Below, piece by piece: positions 1 through 9,787 of a stretch of 64,000 nt of DNA. Below the pieces are notes generated by a model. The model saw only the letters and a list, made by a program, of their open reading frames with translations. It searched no databases and was not told where the DNA came from. Made by a program: the position numbers and the translations under genes. The stretch is from a virus, in IMG/VR virus record IMGVR_UViG_3300027763_000040, positions 1-64,000 of that record, one strand, 5' to 3'. Every line of letters begins with the position of its first letter. The stretch's first letter is position 1.

Positions 1-127
1 CCAACATAATTGCTAATGCTCTTGCTTCTGATGAAGATGAATGTGCTACGATTTTTGTAATACAATCAAAGAGTTCTTCACGAGTGTATGAGAATGCTTT
101 TGCTTCTTGGTTGAGTTTGTAAGTCAT
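1..127 (-). CDS. Hypothetical protein, runs off the window edge; resembles the 339-557 product
   Basis: ATG at 127 overlaps the stop of 124-342. Reads MTYKLNQEAKAFSYTREELFDCITKIVAH..., similar to SIDELFEIVTKVIA in 339-557. Confidence 0.6.
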   Translation of the reverse strand, partial: MTYKLNQEAKAFSYTREELFDCITKIVAHSSSSEARALAIML

Positions 128-342
128 TTTTTTGTCATTACATAAGAATAATAAGTATCTCTACCCCTCAAATTCCAAGGGTCAAAGTTTGGTTGAGACA
201 TACGATACTCACTTTCCATTTTATACCACCCATAGTTGAGTTCTTCCCAAAATGCTGCGACATCAATTATATCATTATAATCAAATCTGGAATGAATACA
301 GCATTTCCAAGACCACCAAGCATCTTCAAACCATTCTTTCAT
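124..342 (-). CDS. Small hypothetical phage protein
   Basis: 72-aa ORF in a chain of ATGA-overlapping minus-strand ORFs. Confidence 0.65.
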   Translation of the reverse strand: MKEWFEDAWWSWKCCIHSRFDYNDIIDVAAFWEELNYGWYKMESEYRMSQPNFDPWNLRGRDTYYSYVMTKK

Positions 343-557
343 TTTCCCTCCAGTTCATCAAGAATACCCGCAGCATAACCACCAAAGTCAATCTCACAAC
401 CTTCCTCACAATAACCAGGCAGAGCATCAATCAGGTAATCATCAAATCCAACAAATACCTGAATAGCACGGCGTTTGTCGTGTTCTGTGATGGCAGTATG
501 AGGAGAAGCAATAACCTTGGTTACAATCTCAAAGAGTTCATCGATAGAAAGTGTCAT
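339..557 (-). CDS. Small hypothetical phage protein
   Basis: 72-aa acidic ORF, translationally coupled to the next gene. Confidence 0.7.
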   Translation of the reverse strand: MTLSIDELFEIVTKVIASPHTAITEHDKRRAIQVFVGFDDYLIDALPGYCEEGCEIDFGGYAAGILDELEGK

Positions 558-586
558 TTGCTGTTTGCGAATTGCGTATAGGAGTA

Positions 587-787
587 TTATAGGGCATTCT
601 GTGGGACTTTGGAGTGTCCTTGTGCCAGTTCTTCAAGTGTCCTCCTTCCAATTACAGCAAGGACTTTACGATTTGGATACTTCTCGGCAATCACATCACG
701 GGCATCCTCATAATCAATCGCATCTTCTACAGTCTCATAATACACAGTTTTATCTGCGGCATCATATGTTTGGACTTCATAGTTCAT
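587..787 (-). CDS. Small hypothetical protein
   Basis: Start moved to MNYEVQ (ATG 787, overlapping the upstream stop). Shares a YE.V...DYEDA...A...P..K motif with 2849-2989. Confidence 0.65.
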   Translation of the reverse strand: MNYEVQTYDAADKTVYYETVEDAIDYEDARDVIAEKYPNRKVLAVIGRRTLEELAQGHSKVPQNAL

Positions 788-987
788 TTCTTCTGCTCCA
801 TTTGTAAGTAAGTACAATCCTTGAATCGTTCCCATTCTTGTGGTGAGAAGTTGTCAGAGGCATAAGGAATACCCACAGCACTCGCACAATATCGTGCCAC
901 ACTTTCAGGCACATGAACCGTATTATGCTTCATATTATACTGATACGAAGGAAGTTGAAGAAAGGTGAAAGCAAGAAGTGAAATCAT
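784..987 (-). CDS. Small hypothetical protein with hydrophobic N-terminus
   Basis: 67-aa ORF with ATGA overlaps on both sides. Confidence 0.6.
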   Translation of the reverse strand: MISLLAFTFLQLPSYQYNMKHNTVHVPESVARYCASAVGIPYASDNFSPQEWERFKDCTYLQMEQKK

Positions 988-1241
988 TGTTGGGTAGGAA
1001 GTTCGGGGGCAGGAGGAACCACAGGAGGTGGGGGAGTTACAGGTTGTTGAACCACTTGAACAGGGGGAGTAATAGGTTGTACTTTTTTTGCTTCCAGTTG
1101 TTGCTTTAGGTCTTGAATAATCACCTGTTGCTTTTGTGTATTCTCTTGTTGATTGTCAAACACTTTGTATGCAGTTACGGAAGTCACTGCGATTGTGCTC
1201 AGTGCTGCGATTGTGGATACTATTGTGCTGAACCGACTCAT
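984..1241 (-). CDS. Membrane-anchored protein with coiled coil and Pro-rich tail
   Basis: N-terminal hydrophobic helix, Q/K-rich heptads, PPPPVVPPAP tail. Confidence 0.65.
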   Translation of the reverse strand: MSRFSTIVSTIAALSTIAVTSVTAYKVFDNQQENTQKQQVIIQDLKQQLEAKKVQPITPPVQVVQQPVTPPPPVVPPAPELPTQQ

Positions 1242-1429
1242 TGATAACTATCTCCAGATTGGTGGGAAAAATCAAATACTTCACTTACAGTCAACATTAC
1301 TGCATCTGTAATGGCATCTACAATTTGTTCTTCTGTTGGATTTTCAACTCGTTTGAATGCCCTTCGGTATCCAAGAAGTGCTCCTTCTTCTACTGCTCGT
1401 TGAAGAATCACATATGTGTTTGGTTTCAT
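1238..1429 (-). CDS. Small hypothetical protein
   Basis: Start taken at MKPNTY (ATG 1429, overlapping the upstream stop). Confidence 0.65.
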   Translation of the reverse strand: MKPNTYVILQRAVEEGALLGYRRAFKRVENPTEEQIVDAITDAVMLTVSEVFDFSHQSGDSYQ

Positions 1430-1995
1430 TTTCCAGTACCATGAAGAGGACAATCACCATTCACCCACTTTTTATGATCGGGCATTTCTTGATTATCAAG
1501 AATAGGACACTTACATCCTTGCTCGTATGCTTTGTCTGAACCAGGAACTAAATCACCCCAAGACTTATAAGGTGAAGGTGCATTCCAATCACTCCCATCA
1601 TCTCTGGGATAATCACCCTTCTCACACTGCTCTGGAAGAACACTTGCAAGTTTTTCTTTCAGTTGACGGATTTCTTCCTTCAGAACAATGATGTCCTCAT
1701 AAGTGAATGGTTGTTTATCTTGCAGTTCATACTCATCCATCAACTTCTTCATATCATCTTGCCTGTTGCAATCATTAAATGCAACACGACAAGCAGCATC
1801 CATAATGCCATACTCATCAAATCCAACAGCACGAAGAAAACTCTTGAAGAGTTCAAAATACTGATGAGTAGTCAAGTCTTGTGCAGGTGCTTCAATAGTA
1901 ATCGTCTGCTTATCTACGGTTTCAGGAAAATACCTGTTGTGAGATGCTTCTGTGTCGTTGATGTAAGAAAACTTGATGGTTGCGTTGTAAGACAT
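1426..1995 (-). CDS. Hypothetical protein with C-terminal Cys/His cluster
   Basis: 189 aa ending GCKCP...DCPLH. Directly downstream of the promoter at 2018-2073. Confidence 0.7.
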   Translation of the reverse strand: MSYNATIKFSYINDTEASHNRYFPETVDKQTITIEAPAQDLTTHQYFELFKSFLRAVGFDEYGIMDAACRVAFNDCNRQDDMKKLMDEYELQDKQPFTYEDIIVLKEEIRQLKEKLASVLPEQCEKGDYPRDDGSDWNAPSPYKSWGDLVPGSDKAYEQGCKCPILDNQEMPDHKKWVNGDCPLHGTGK

Positions 1996-2017
1996 GGTTT
2001 TATTCGATTACCCCCAT

Positions 2018-2073
2018 ACTATAAGACCCCTGACTGCGAAAGTCAAGGGTCAGTGGACGGTTTTTCAGGTGTC
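2018..2073 (-). promoter_or_regulatory. Early-type promoter with upstream two-box motif
   Basis: Minus strand: GACAC-CTGAAAAA-CCGTCCAC ... TTGACT-17 nt-TATAGT. Confidence 0.7.
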
Positions 2074-2076
2074 TGC

Positions 2077-2310
2077 TTAGACTTCGTAATAAGCACTAAT
2101 CACTTTATCATCCCATGCACTCGGTAGTTCGTGCTCTCGGGATTTCATATGATTTAAACCTGAAATTGGAAGTTCAAGTAACTCTGGGTCGTGCAGCACT
2201 CCATCTAACTGCTTTCTTTCGTTTTCTGTATGCGGATATCTAAATGCTCCGCTATGCCAACCTTCTGTATTCCTATAAGTTCTAGACATAATGTTTGTGA
2301 ATAAACACAA
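2077..2310 (-). CDS. Small hypothetical protein
   Basis: ORF track; the true start is probably MSRTYR. Confidence 0.6.
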   Translation of the reverse strand: MCLFTNIMSRTYRNTEGWHSGAFRYPHTENERKQLDGVLHDPELLELPISGLNHMKSREHELPSAWDDKVISAYYEV

Positions 2311-2321
2311 TACTAATTATA

Positions 2322-2552
2322 TCACTTATTGAATTCTTTTTCAAGTTCCTTTGCAATTCTTAAGGAACGACGCCACATAAGATGTTTTACAATTGGATTT
2401 GCAGGATTGTGAAGCAACCACCACTTTTGTTTTTCGTATTGGAATCTTAAGATCTTAGAGACTAAGGTGACAGCATATGCTACACTATCATCCGTTGCTA
2501 CAAGGTAGAAGACGAAGATAAAGATTCCAAACCAAAAGTAGTAGGCGGTCAT
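2322..2552 (-). CDS. Small membrane protein
   Basis: N-terminal hydrophobic segment YYFWFGIFIFVFYLV. Confidence 0.65.
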   Translation of the reverse strand: MTAYYFWFGIFIFVFYLVATDDSVAYAVTLVSKILRFQYEKQKWWLLHNPANPIVKHLMWRRSLRIAKELEKEFNK

Positions 2553-2585
2553 ATAGCAAATTTTTATTTTACTATTTAATCAAGT

Positions 2586-2849
2586 TTACAGAAATGTTTC
2601 TAATGATGATGTACTTGATTTTACTTTTTTTGGTTTGGATGCCTTAATCTGTTTTTGAATGTAAGATTTAGCAGTCGCAAGAGTTCCAACAACATGAACC
2701 TGCTCCCCATTGTGAAGGATCATAAACTTTTTTCCAAAAGGAACTGCAGCCCACATGCCATCATTTGACACATAACCCTGAGGATCTCCAGGAGTTGGAC
2801 CAAGAATGCTGGGAAAATCAATAAAAGGTTTTTGAAAACGTTCACTCAT
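2586..2849 (-). CDS. Small hypothetical protein
   Basis: 87-aa ORF coupled to the upstream ORF. Confidence 0.65.
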   Translation of the reverse strand: MSERFQKPFIDFPSILGPTPGDPQGYVSNDGMWAAVPFGKKFMILHNGEQVHVVGTLATAKSYIQKQIKASKPKKVKSSTSSLETFL

Positions 2850-2989
2850 CAGAATACTGCGGTTACACTCATAAATTTTGCGGTTGGATTACGTGCAAGA
2901 GCAGTGCGCTTTGCATCTTCATAGTCACGCGCCTGAACTTCTTCATAAAAGACTTTACCAGCAACATAAAGTTTAACTTGGCATTTCAT
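2849..2989 (-). CDS. 46-aa hypothetical protein missed by the ORF track
   Basis: MKCQVKLYVAGKVFYEEVQARDYEDAKRTALARNPTAKIMSVTAVF*. Lies just downstream of the promoter at 3019-3073. Confidence 0.75.
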   Translation of the reverse strand: MKCQVKLYVAGKVFYEEVQARDYEDAKRTALARNPTAKFMSVTAVF

Positions 2990-3018
2990 TGAGAGGAACC
3001 TCTGTTGGTTACATGAAT

Positions 3019-3073
3019 ATTATAACAGAAAGGGGACCCCTAAGGATCCCCATGTGACAGTTATGAAAGTGTC
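3019..3073 (-). promoter_or_regulatory. Early-type promoter with upstream two-box motif
   Basis: GACAC-TTTCATAA-CTGTCAC, a GGGGATCC/GGGTCCCC inverted repeat, then extended -10 TGTTATAAT. Confidence 0.7.
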
Positions 3074-3084
3074 ATACCCAATTA

Positions 3085-4227
3085 TCAGTTGGGGTTATAT
3101 GCCTGCCAAACGTTGGGAAAGAACGTTTTCAGATCAAGTTTAGCAACACCTCGTTCTGCGGCGAAGCGGTTATATGCGCGAAGAATATAATTGTAAGCCA
3201 CACTTTCTTCCCACAGACCAGAAATTCTGGGTTTGCTAAGATGAGTCATTGTCTCACCATCAATTTGAATCATTTTATCGTGCCTGTTCCAATATGTTTT
3301 GATAGAAAACTCAAGATGTTCCCGATCAAAGATAATGTTGTCAGAAACTGCTAATTGATCTGCACGATAGAAAATATAAGCAACACCTTTTAGATCATAA
3401 GCGTTTACAATTTTGGCACGTTTAAGATCTATAACTGCATATTTGGAGTTGGTATAGCATTCTTGAAGAAGACTGCAAGATTTTTTGAGATATTTTGCCC
3501 AAGGTGCCATTGAAGTGGGTTTTGTACCAAAAATCAAAGAAAAAACTGCAAAACCTTCTATGCTGTAACGATTGGGTTCTGTTGGAAATACTTTGTATGA
3601 ATTTGGCATCAGATCAAGTTTTAGATCATCCAATTCATTGTAAATGCGAATGCAATCACGGTTATTTGCATGATACCCAATAAAGAAGTTTTCTTCTGGA
3701 TTGCTCTTCTTTGATTTGTTATTTACTGCATCATATCCAAAAGCACAAATCTCTTTCGCAGTTTTTGTAGATCCTTTCTTGACAATAGTTTTGGCGAAAG
3801 GAACAGCGAAATCTAGATCATCTGCGTTATCAAGAAGTGCGGCTAAAGAATGTTGCTGATCAAATACAATGTTGCCGTAGTTTTCATCTGAAACAGATTG
3901 AAATACTCCACGAACGGAAAGATCAAACCCACGACGAGAAATTTTCTTACTATGAGTTTTTGTAAATTGGCGTTGTGCTTCAGTCAAAACTCCTGCTTCT
4001 GCAATCTTGCTTTCTGTGAGAACTTGAATTGCGTTATCGCTTTCATACAGTTTGATTTCAGGAACATGATCTGAGTTTTGTTGAATCAGATGATATTGCT
4101 CAATGACCTGTTCACGAAGTGGAAAAACTCGTGAAAGTTCTGCTCCTGCAAGTACAGGTTTTTCTACACCGCCTTTCTTCATAGACATAAGATTGTCCAT
4201 GATTGTGCGGAATTTGTTATTTAACAT
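3085..4227 (-). CDS. Hypothetical protein with a degenerate DGQHR/ParB-like motif
   Basis: 380 aa. IVFDQQHSLAA resembles IIDGQHRLAA. Confidence 0.55.
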   Translation of the reverse strand: MLNNKFRTIMDNLMSMKKGGVEKPVLAGAELSRVFPLREQVIEQYHLIQQNSDHVPEIKLYESDNAIQVLTESKIAEAGVLTEAQRQFTKTHSKKISRRGFDLSVRGVFQSVSDENYGNIVFDQQHSLAALLDNADDLDFAVPFAKTIVKKGSTKTAKEICAFGYDAVNNKSKKSNPEENFFIGYHANNRDCIRIYNELDDLKLDLMPNSYKVFPTEPNRYSIEGFAVFSLIFGTKPTSMAPWAKYLKKSCSLLQECYTNSKYAVIDLKRAKIVNAYDLKGVAYIFYRADQLAVSDNIIFDREHLEFSIKTYWNRHDKMIQIDGETMTHLSKPRISGLWEESVAYNYILRAYNRFAAERGVAKLDLKTFFPNVWQAYNPN

Positions 4228-4301
4228 TAAATAATTACCTTTTTGAGATGGCGGTTAATTTTGGATTATTGGAGGAAACCTTTTCCCCAATCCATATTAA
4301 A

Positions 4302-4330
4302 AGAATAACATCTTTGGATAGACATGTCAA
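4302..4330 (-). promoter_or_regulatory. Sigma70-type promoter for 3085-4227
   Basis: TTGACA-17 nt-TATTCT. Confidence 0.55.
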
Positions 4331-4346
4331 GCCCCCTGTCGAAAAA

Positions 4347-5582
4347 TCAGCGTTTGATCACACTGACAGCAGGTTCGCCCTGAACAAAGATAGTGTCCAC
4401 GACTGCCTGCAGTTTCTTGGCGGTTGTAATGCCAGTGTTACTGTACACGGGAACATGAACAAATCCATATGCCTTGTGATAGTTCTTCAATTGTCCAGGA
4501 ATCAGAGACCCTTCTGAGAGGCGCCTAGCATCGTCTGTATGGAGGCGAATCACACGACCGATAGTCTGTGCCATGGCAATGTAGTCCATGTTCCTCATGA
4601 GCACACAGGAGGTCAGACCAGGGCAGTTGATACCTTCACTCAGGATCGAATAGTGAAGAAGAATGAATTTCTTCTCAGAATCCTTACCCCATTCAGTCAG
4701 AGTATCAAAGAACACTTCACGACCAACCTTCTGATTGTTGATGAATGCACCATACTTTGCAGTGATCCACATCACATCATAACCATGAGACTGCACTTCA
4801 GTCATGAATTCAGTTTCTGCAAGCATCCGCATGAGAACCTTAGTGTTTGGTGCGGCCACCAACACCTTCTCCATGTTATCCTCATTGAGAATCGTGTCAA
4901 GTAGGGTCATGCAATCACGTTCCGCAGCAAACTCTTGGTCACGGTAAACGTTCATAGAATGCACTTGAATTTGAGGAGGAAGAATGTATCCACCATTAAC
5001 CAATTCAGGTGCAGAAACATTACAGATCACTGGACCATAAATTGCACTATCATTCATTCCAGGTTTGGATGCAACAGCAGAATGCTTTGGAGTTGCAGTA
5101 AAGAAATAGGAACGATTCGCACAATCACTGAAATGTTTGGTAGGTTCAAAGAAGTGTCGTTGAACTGAATTATGTGCTTCATCAAAATAAATGGTATGAA
5201 TAGGAATACCAGATCGTTGAATCTGAATCAGTGAATGATAAGTCGTAAAGATCAGTTTATGACCTTTGACCTGATAATTCCAAGCAAAGATCTTACTTGG
5301 ATTGGTTGTACTAAAGTGATGTGTCTCACCAGAATGCACGTGCATCACAGAAGCATTTGTAATATGCTCCAAGAACTCTGCAGACAACTGCTCTGCCAGC
5401 ATGATTCTTGGAGCCACCACTACAATCTTCTGAGGAACATTACTGGAAAACTCTCTGATAGCATCAGCGATCATGGTCAGAGTCTTACCACCTCCAGTGG
5501 TCATGAGCACTTGACCTTTGCTGTGCTGCTTCATGGCATCGTAAGCACGGTCTTGATGGGGACGAAGAATCATGGGTTTCAT
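4347..5582 (-). CDS. Superfamily 2 (DEAH-box, ResIII-like) helicase
   Basis: Q motif LRPHQ, Walker A TGGGKT, FDEAH, TATP, SEGIN, QTIGRVIR. Start moved downstream of the -10 box. Confidence 0.9.
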   Translation of the reverse strand: MKPMILRPHQDRAYDAMKQHSKGQVLMTTGGGKTLTMIADAIREFSSNVPQKIVVVAPRIMLAEQLSAEFLEHITNASVMHVHSGETHHFSTTNPSKIFAWNYQVKGHKLIFTTYHSLIQIQRSGIPIHTIYFDEAHNSVQRHFFEPTKHFSDCANRSYFFTATPKHSAVASKPGMNDSAIYGPVICNVSAPELVNGGYILPPQIQVHSMNVYRDQEFAAERDCMTLLDTILNEDNMEKVLVAAPNTKVLMRMLAETEFMTEVQSHGYDVMWITAKYGAFINNQKVGREVFFDTLTEWGKDSEKKFILLHYSILSEGINCPGLTSCVLMRNMDYIAMAQTIGRVIRLHTDDARRLSEGSLIPGQLKNYHKAYGFVHVPVYSNTGITTAKKLQAVVDTIFVQGEPAVSVIKR

Positions 5583-5595
5583 TGTGTATGGGACC

Positions 5596-5653
5596 ATTAT
5601 AACACTAAAAAACCCCCTGTGATGGGGGTTCAGTGGACGGTTTTTAAAGTGTC
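5596..5653 (-). promoter_or_regulatory. Early-type promoter with upstream two-box motif
   Basis: GACAC-TTTAAAAA-CCGTCCAC, a CCCCC/GGGGG inverted repeat, then TGTTATAAT. Confidence 0.7.
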
Positions 5654-5708
5654 CTATAGATCCTTAAAGCTTCATCTTCAAACCCAACAAAGGTACTCTA
5701 GCAGTATT

Positions 5709-8336
5709 TTAGAAAAGTGTCAAGCTTGTAGAACCAACACCAACAACAGTGAATGTTAATCTATTTCCAACTGTAGTAATTTTCACTGCAGTTCCAATAC
5801 CACTACTAAATCCATTGATCGATGTTACAATACCTGCTGTACCGTTTATAGTTACTCCAGTACCAACTCTGATATCAGTAGCAGTTACTATGCCAGCATT
5901 AATATTATTAAGATTTGTAGTTTCTGTAAATGGATTGGTTAGATTATTCCATTTAGTTCCATTATAATTTTCAACTGACTTAGATGTGCTATTATAGATT
6001 AATGCACCTTCTGCAGTTGAAATTCCATTCGGTCCAGCAGTTGTATTTGGAGCAATATAGAAATTGAGTTTATCTGATGTTGAAACAGTTGGTAGAATTA
6101 TGTAACGGTATGATTTGTCGGGATTTCCAGCAAATCTAAAATCAACCGTAGATTTTGGTGCAGTTGTCCCAATACCAATCGCTTGACCAAGAATAGTTCC
6201 TGATGAGGCATCTACACTAGTGGGCCCAATAGTTGGTGTGGGCCATTCAATATCTGTCCAAATAAAACTGGTTCTGACTCCTATAGCACCATCGTTGAGT
6301 ACTATAAATCCTAACTGAGAACTCGTAGAAGAAGCTTTAAAAACATATGGAAAAGGCACATTGGTTGTACCAATTCCAATTGAATTTGTTACATTTAATT
6401 GGGAAATATTTGCATTGAAAAATGTAGATACGCCCGTATTGGCATATACATTTCCAGTAAGATTTCCTTGAATATTTGCAAATAGGGTGTTAGTAAATGT
6501 GGGACTAACTCCAAATGTAGTATTTCCATATAGAGTAGTATTTCCTTTTACCTCAAGATTACTTCCAAAATATGCACTATCAGTAACTGTTGAAGTTCCT
6601 ACAACATGAAGTCTATTTGTTGGATTTGTAACTCCCAATCCAAGATTTCCACCATAAGTCAATGACATTAAAATAGAATTTTGACCTCCATAAATCCAAT
6701 TAAAACTTCCAGTTCCTAATCCACTAATTGTTCCTAAATGAAGATAACTATTGATATTTCCATAGGAATAATTTATAATATCTAAAGTATGTTGAGTACT
6801 GTATGGATATATCCCAGAAGTATTTCCATATTTAATTTCCGCATTTTGCCCCAAACGATCAGTAGACCTACCTATAGCAACATAAGATTCTGCAGAGGCA
6901 CTTGTTATTCTTACACTACATGTAGAATTTTGTCTAATATGAACATTTTCAAATACATTACTTAAATCTAGTGTTCCAATGCCAACATTACCAGTGACAT
7001 ATGCAACTGTCGATGTTGAAATCCCCAATCTAGAATAATCACTATAAATGCTATTAACATTAATATTTGGAAATCCTGTTAGATTTGATGCTAATGATGA
7101 AGTTCCAGTTACATTTCCAATAAGATTTCCACTAAAACCAGATGATGCGGAGATTGATCCACTAACACTAATATTTTGTGGCAATCTGGCATTATCTAAA
7201 GTTCCGGAAGAAATATTACTTGCATTAACTTGTGTTATTCCAATTCCAGATCCATAAAAAGAACCTGAAGTAGTACTACTTCCAACACTAATATTTGATA
7301 CTCCAGTAATATTTCCATTATTAATAGAAACTACTCCTGCCGTAACAATTCCACTAACACTAATATTTTGTGGCAATCTGGCATTATCTAAAGTTCCGGA
7401 AGAAATATTACTTGCATTAACTTGTGTTATTCCAATTCCAGATCCATAAAAAGAACCTGAAGTAATACTTTGTCCTGCACTTATGCTTCCTACCGCACTA
7501 ACAATTCCAGTGATACTAATACTTTGTGGTAATCTGGCATTATTTAAGGTTCCAGAAGAAACATTACTTGCGCTGATTGATGTAATGTTTGATCCATCTC
7601 CAAAGAAATTACTTGCTGTTATACTACCTTGTAACAAAGCATCTTGCCCATATAGATCGTCTGCTGAAGTAATACTACCAGCTACACTAATAGTTTGTGG
7701 CAATCTAGAATTAGTTAATGTTCCTGAGGAAATATTACTTGCATTGATTGTGGTAATATCCGAACCAATACCCACAAATTTGAATCCAGTAATAATACCA
7801 GAAGCATTAATTGAACCAGAGGCAGTAATTGATCCATAGGTAATAATTGAACCAGCGGTAATAATTGTACCATTCGAATTAATTCCTACACCAGATTGTC
7901 CTGCACCAACATTTCCACCAATTTGTAAGGTATAATATGGAAGAGTTGTACCTATTCCAACATTTCCTGCGGCATAGATGCTAGTATAACCAAATCCAGG
8001 ATCAACATCTATCCATTGTGAAGTTGGCAAATTAAGGAGTCTTCTACCATCACCATAATAAGTTATGATACCAGAAGTTGCTGTTACAATACCTGATGTT
8101 ATTGAAACAATTCCAACATTTAATCTGTTTGAACTAATGATTGGAGCAGTAATAGTTGGTGAGTTAATTGAAGTTGCTGTAAGAAAACCAGAAACTTTGA
8201 CAGTTCCATAAACGTCTAAGACTTCTCTTGGAATACTTGTTCCAATTCCCACCAATCCATTCGAATTGACTATAAAATTACTATTATCAACTTGTACCCC
8301 ATTTCTAAAATTAAATGACTTATTATAATTTGCCAT
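5709..8336 (-). CDS. Tail-fibre-like virion structural protein
   Basis: 875 aa, rich in G/S/T/N/I, with recurring GNVGIGT motifs and NASNISSGTL..ARLPQ repeats. Confidence 0.8.
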   Translation of the reverse strand: MANYNKSFNFRNGVQVDNSNFIVNSNGLVGIGTSIPREVLDVYGTVKVSGFLTATSINSPTITAPIISSNRLNVGIVSITSGIVTATSGIITYYGDGRRLLNLPTSQWIDVDPGFGYTSIYAAGNVGIGTTLPYYTLQIGGNVGAGQSGVGINSNGTIITAGSIITYGSITASGSINASGIITGFKFVGIGSDITTINASNISSGTLTNSRLPQTISVAGSITSADDLYGQDALLQGSITASNFFGDGSNITSISASNVSSGTLNNARLPQSISITGIVSAVGSISAGQSITSGSFYGSGIGITQVNASNISSGTLDNARLPQNISVSGIVTAGVVSINNGNITGVSNISVGSSTTSGSFYGSGIGITQVNASNISSGTLDNARLPQNISVSGSISASSGFSGNLIGNVTGTSSLASNLTGFPNINVNSIYSDYSRLGISTSTVAYVTGNVGIGTLDLSNVFENVHIRQNSTCSVRITSASAESYVAIGRSTDRLGQNAEIKYGNTSGIYPYSTQHTLDIINYSYGNINSYLHLGTISGLGTGSFNWIYGGQNSILMSLTYGGNLGLGVTNPTNRLHVVGTSTVTDSAYFGSNLEVKGNTTLYGNTTFGVSPTFTNTLFANIQGNLTGNVYANTGVSTFFNANISQLNVTNSIGIGTTNVPFPYVFKASSTSSQLGFIVLNDGAIGVRTSFIWTDIEWPTPTIGPTSVDASSGTILGQAIGIGTTAPKSTVDFRFAGNPDKSYRYIILPTVSTSDKLNFYIAPNTTAGPNGISTAEGALIYNSTSKSVENYNGTKWNNLTNPFTETTNLNNINAGIVTATDIRVGTGVTINGTAGIVTSINGFSSGIGTAVKITTVGNRLTFTVVGVGSTSLTLF
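7158..7464. repeat. 115-bp direct repeat (7158-7272 and 7350-7464), period 192 bp
   Basis: The two DNA copies read as identical and encode the TSGSFYGSGIGITQVNASNISSGTLDNARLPQNISVSG unit. Confidence 0.85.
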
Positions 8337-8351
8337 CTTCTAGATACATTT

Positions 8352-8867
8352 TTAGTTATTTATTAATTCAACTTCTGTGGATTTTTTCACATCAACCATT
8401 AAAAATTTCATTGCAGACTGGGAATAATTATATCCTTCATGAATATAATCCATAACTTCAAATACCTTTGGTTCTCCCTCATTCCAATAAACCTTCTCTC
8501 CACCCCAAATCATATAACATAATTCTTTATCGGGAATTTGTAAAGGTATCTGAATTCTTTTATATGGTTCTCTATAGATATTTGGATCTCGGTGCGGGCC
8601 CAGTTCTGTTCCAGAATCAAATGCTGCAAACATTGAAAAAATAATTTCCGAATTATCATAAATGTTTTCAACTTCGATATTCTTAATAATCTTCTTTCTA
8701 ATATACTTAACAACAGAATTTCCACATTTACTTATCGATTCACCTTTTACCCAACAATATGAAATGGGTTTATTTGAATATCCTTCGGCAGTTGGAGCAG
8801 TACGATAATAAACCTGACTATCTTTTGCCCATTGATATAATGTTTGTAAATCTTGTTTTGTTATCAT
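8352..8867 (-). CDS. Asp/Asn beta-hydroxylase-like 2OG-Fe(II) oxygenase
   Basis: LGPHRD (HxD), RIQIPL, W.EGE..VF, IHEGYN (distal His). Confidence 0.7.
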   Translation of the reverse strand: MITKQDLQTLYQWAKDSQVYYRTAPTAEGYSNKPISYCWVKGESISKCGNSVVKYIRKKIIKNIEVENIYDNSEIIFSMFAAFDSGTELGPHRDPNIYREPYKRIQIPLQIPDKELCYMIWGGEKVYWNEGEPKVFEVMDYIHEGYNYSQSAMKFLMVDVKKSTEVELINN

Positions 8868-8876
8868 TTTTTATTA

Positions 8877-9386
8877 TTATAGAATATAAAAAATTCCCAA
8901 TACATCTTTATCATTCATATTTAAATTATATTTCTTATTGGCGTATATCTGCGAATAATCATATCTTTTTAACTTTTTATTATTTACTATTGGATTTCCG
9001 TCTAAACAAAGAATAAAAGTTTTCTTGGATCCAAAAACAAGATCATCATCATTTGAAGTAATTATTTTATATGCCCATTTAACATCTTTATCTAATGTAT
9101 TAAACCCAATAAGAAAAAAATCACTATCAGATGCGAATGATACTCGGTCATTTACATAATCTCGAACATCTGCAATTTCTTTTTTATTAGCATCTAAAGT
9201 TATTGGATTAGGATCAAAGATTCTACCAAATTTTCCAGATCCATATACTCCATAATAAAAAATAGTATATCTTTCATTTGGATGTTCGGAAATTACATAT
9301 CCAGATTCCCCTATATTAACGCATAAAGAAAACTCATCACAATTTCTAAAAAATCTTTTACATTTTGGATCATTTAAATCATTCAT
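8877..9386 (-). CDS. Hypothetical protein, possibly cupin-like
   Basis: 169-aa beta-rich ORF in the same operon. Confidence 0.6.
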   Translation of the reverse strand: MNDLNDPKCKRFFRNCDEFSLCVNIGESGYVISEHPNERYTIFYYGVYGSGKFGRIFDPNPITLDANKKEIADVRDYVNDRVSFASDSDFFLIGFNTLDKDVKWAYKIITSNDDDLVFGSKKTFILCLDGNPIVNNKKLKRYDYSQIYANKKYNLNMNDKDVLGIFYIL

Positions 9387-9388
9387 AA

Positions 9389-9787
9389 TTATAATTCAGT
9401 TTCACCTTCCTCTTCAAAAAGATCAATTTCATCCATTGATGGCAATTCCCCTATAAGAATAGTGGAAACTAAGTGGTCAACCTCAGCAACAACAACTTTA
9501 TTTAAATGATTTTCAATTGATGGAATTTTTTCCAATTCACTTTCCATATTTCCTTCCATGATTGGTTCTTCAGATTCTTGTGCCTTCATTGAACTAAATC
9601 CAGATTTCATAATACTACAAATAAATTTTTCATAATCGGTGAAATCTAAATTTACACAATCAACCATTACCGAATAATAGTCATCAATATTTTTGGGCGC
9701 CCTCTGTCTACAATACTTAACTTCAATTTGTTCTACCCCATGTTCAGTTTCTGGATAATAATTTACAATTTTAAATGCTACTTTCAT
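9389..9787 (-). CDS. Hypothetical acidic protein
   Basis: Start at MKVAFK overlaps the upstream stop. Confidence 0.6.
   Translation of the reverse strand: MKVAFKIVNYYPETEHGVEQIEVKYCRQRAPKNIDDYYSVMVDCVNLDFTDYEKFICSIMKSGFSSMKAQESEEPIMEGNMESELEKIPSIENHLNKVVVAEVDHLVSTILIGELPSMDEIDLFEEEGETEL

Noticed and set aside
5655-5723. Possible small RNA from TTGACA-17 nt-TAGAGT at the end of the fibre gene
   Set aside because: Weak -10 and no recognisable structure or terminator; it may only be a second promoter for the helicase.
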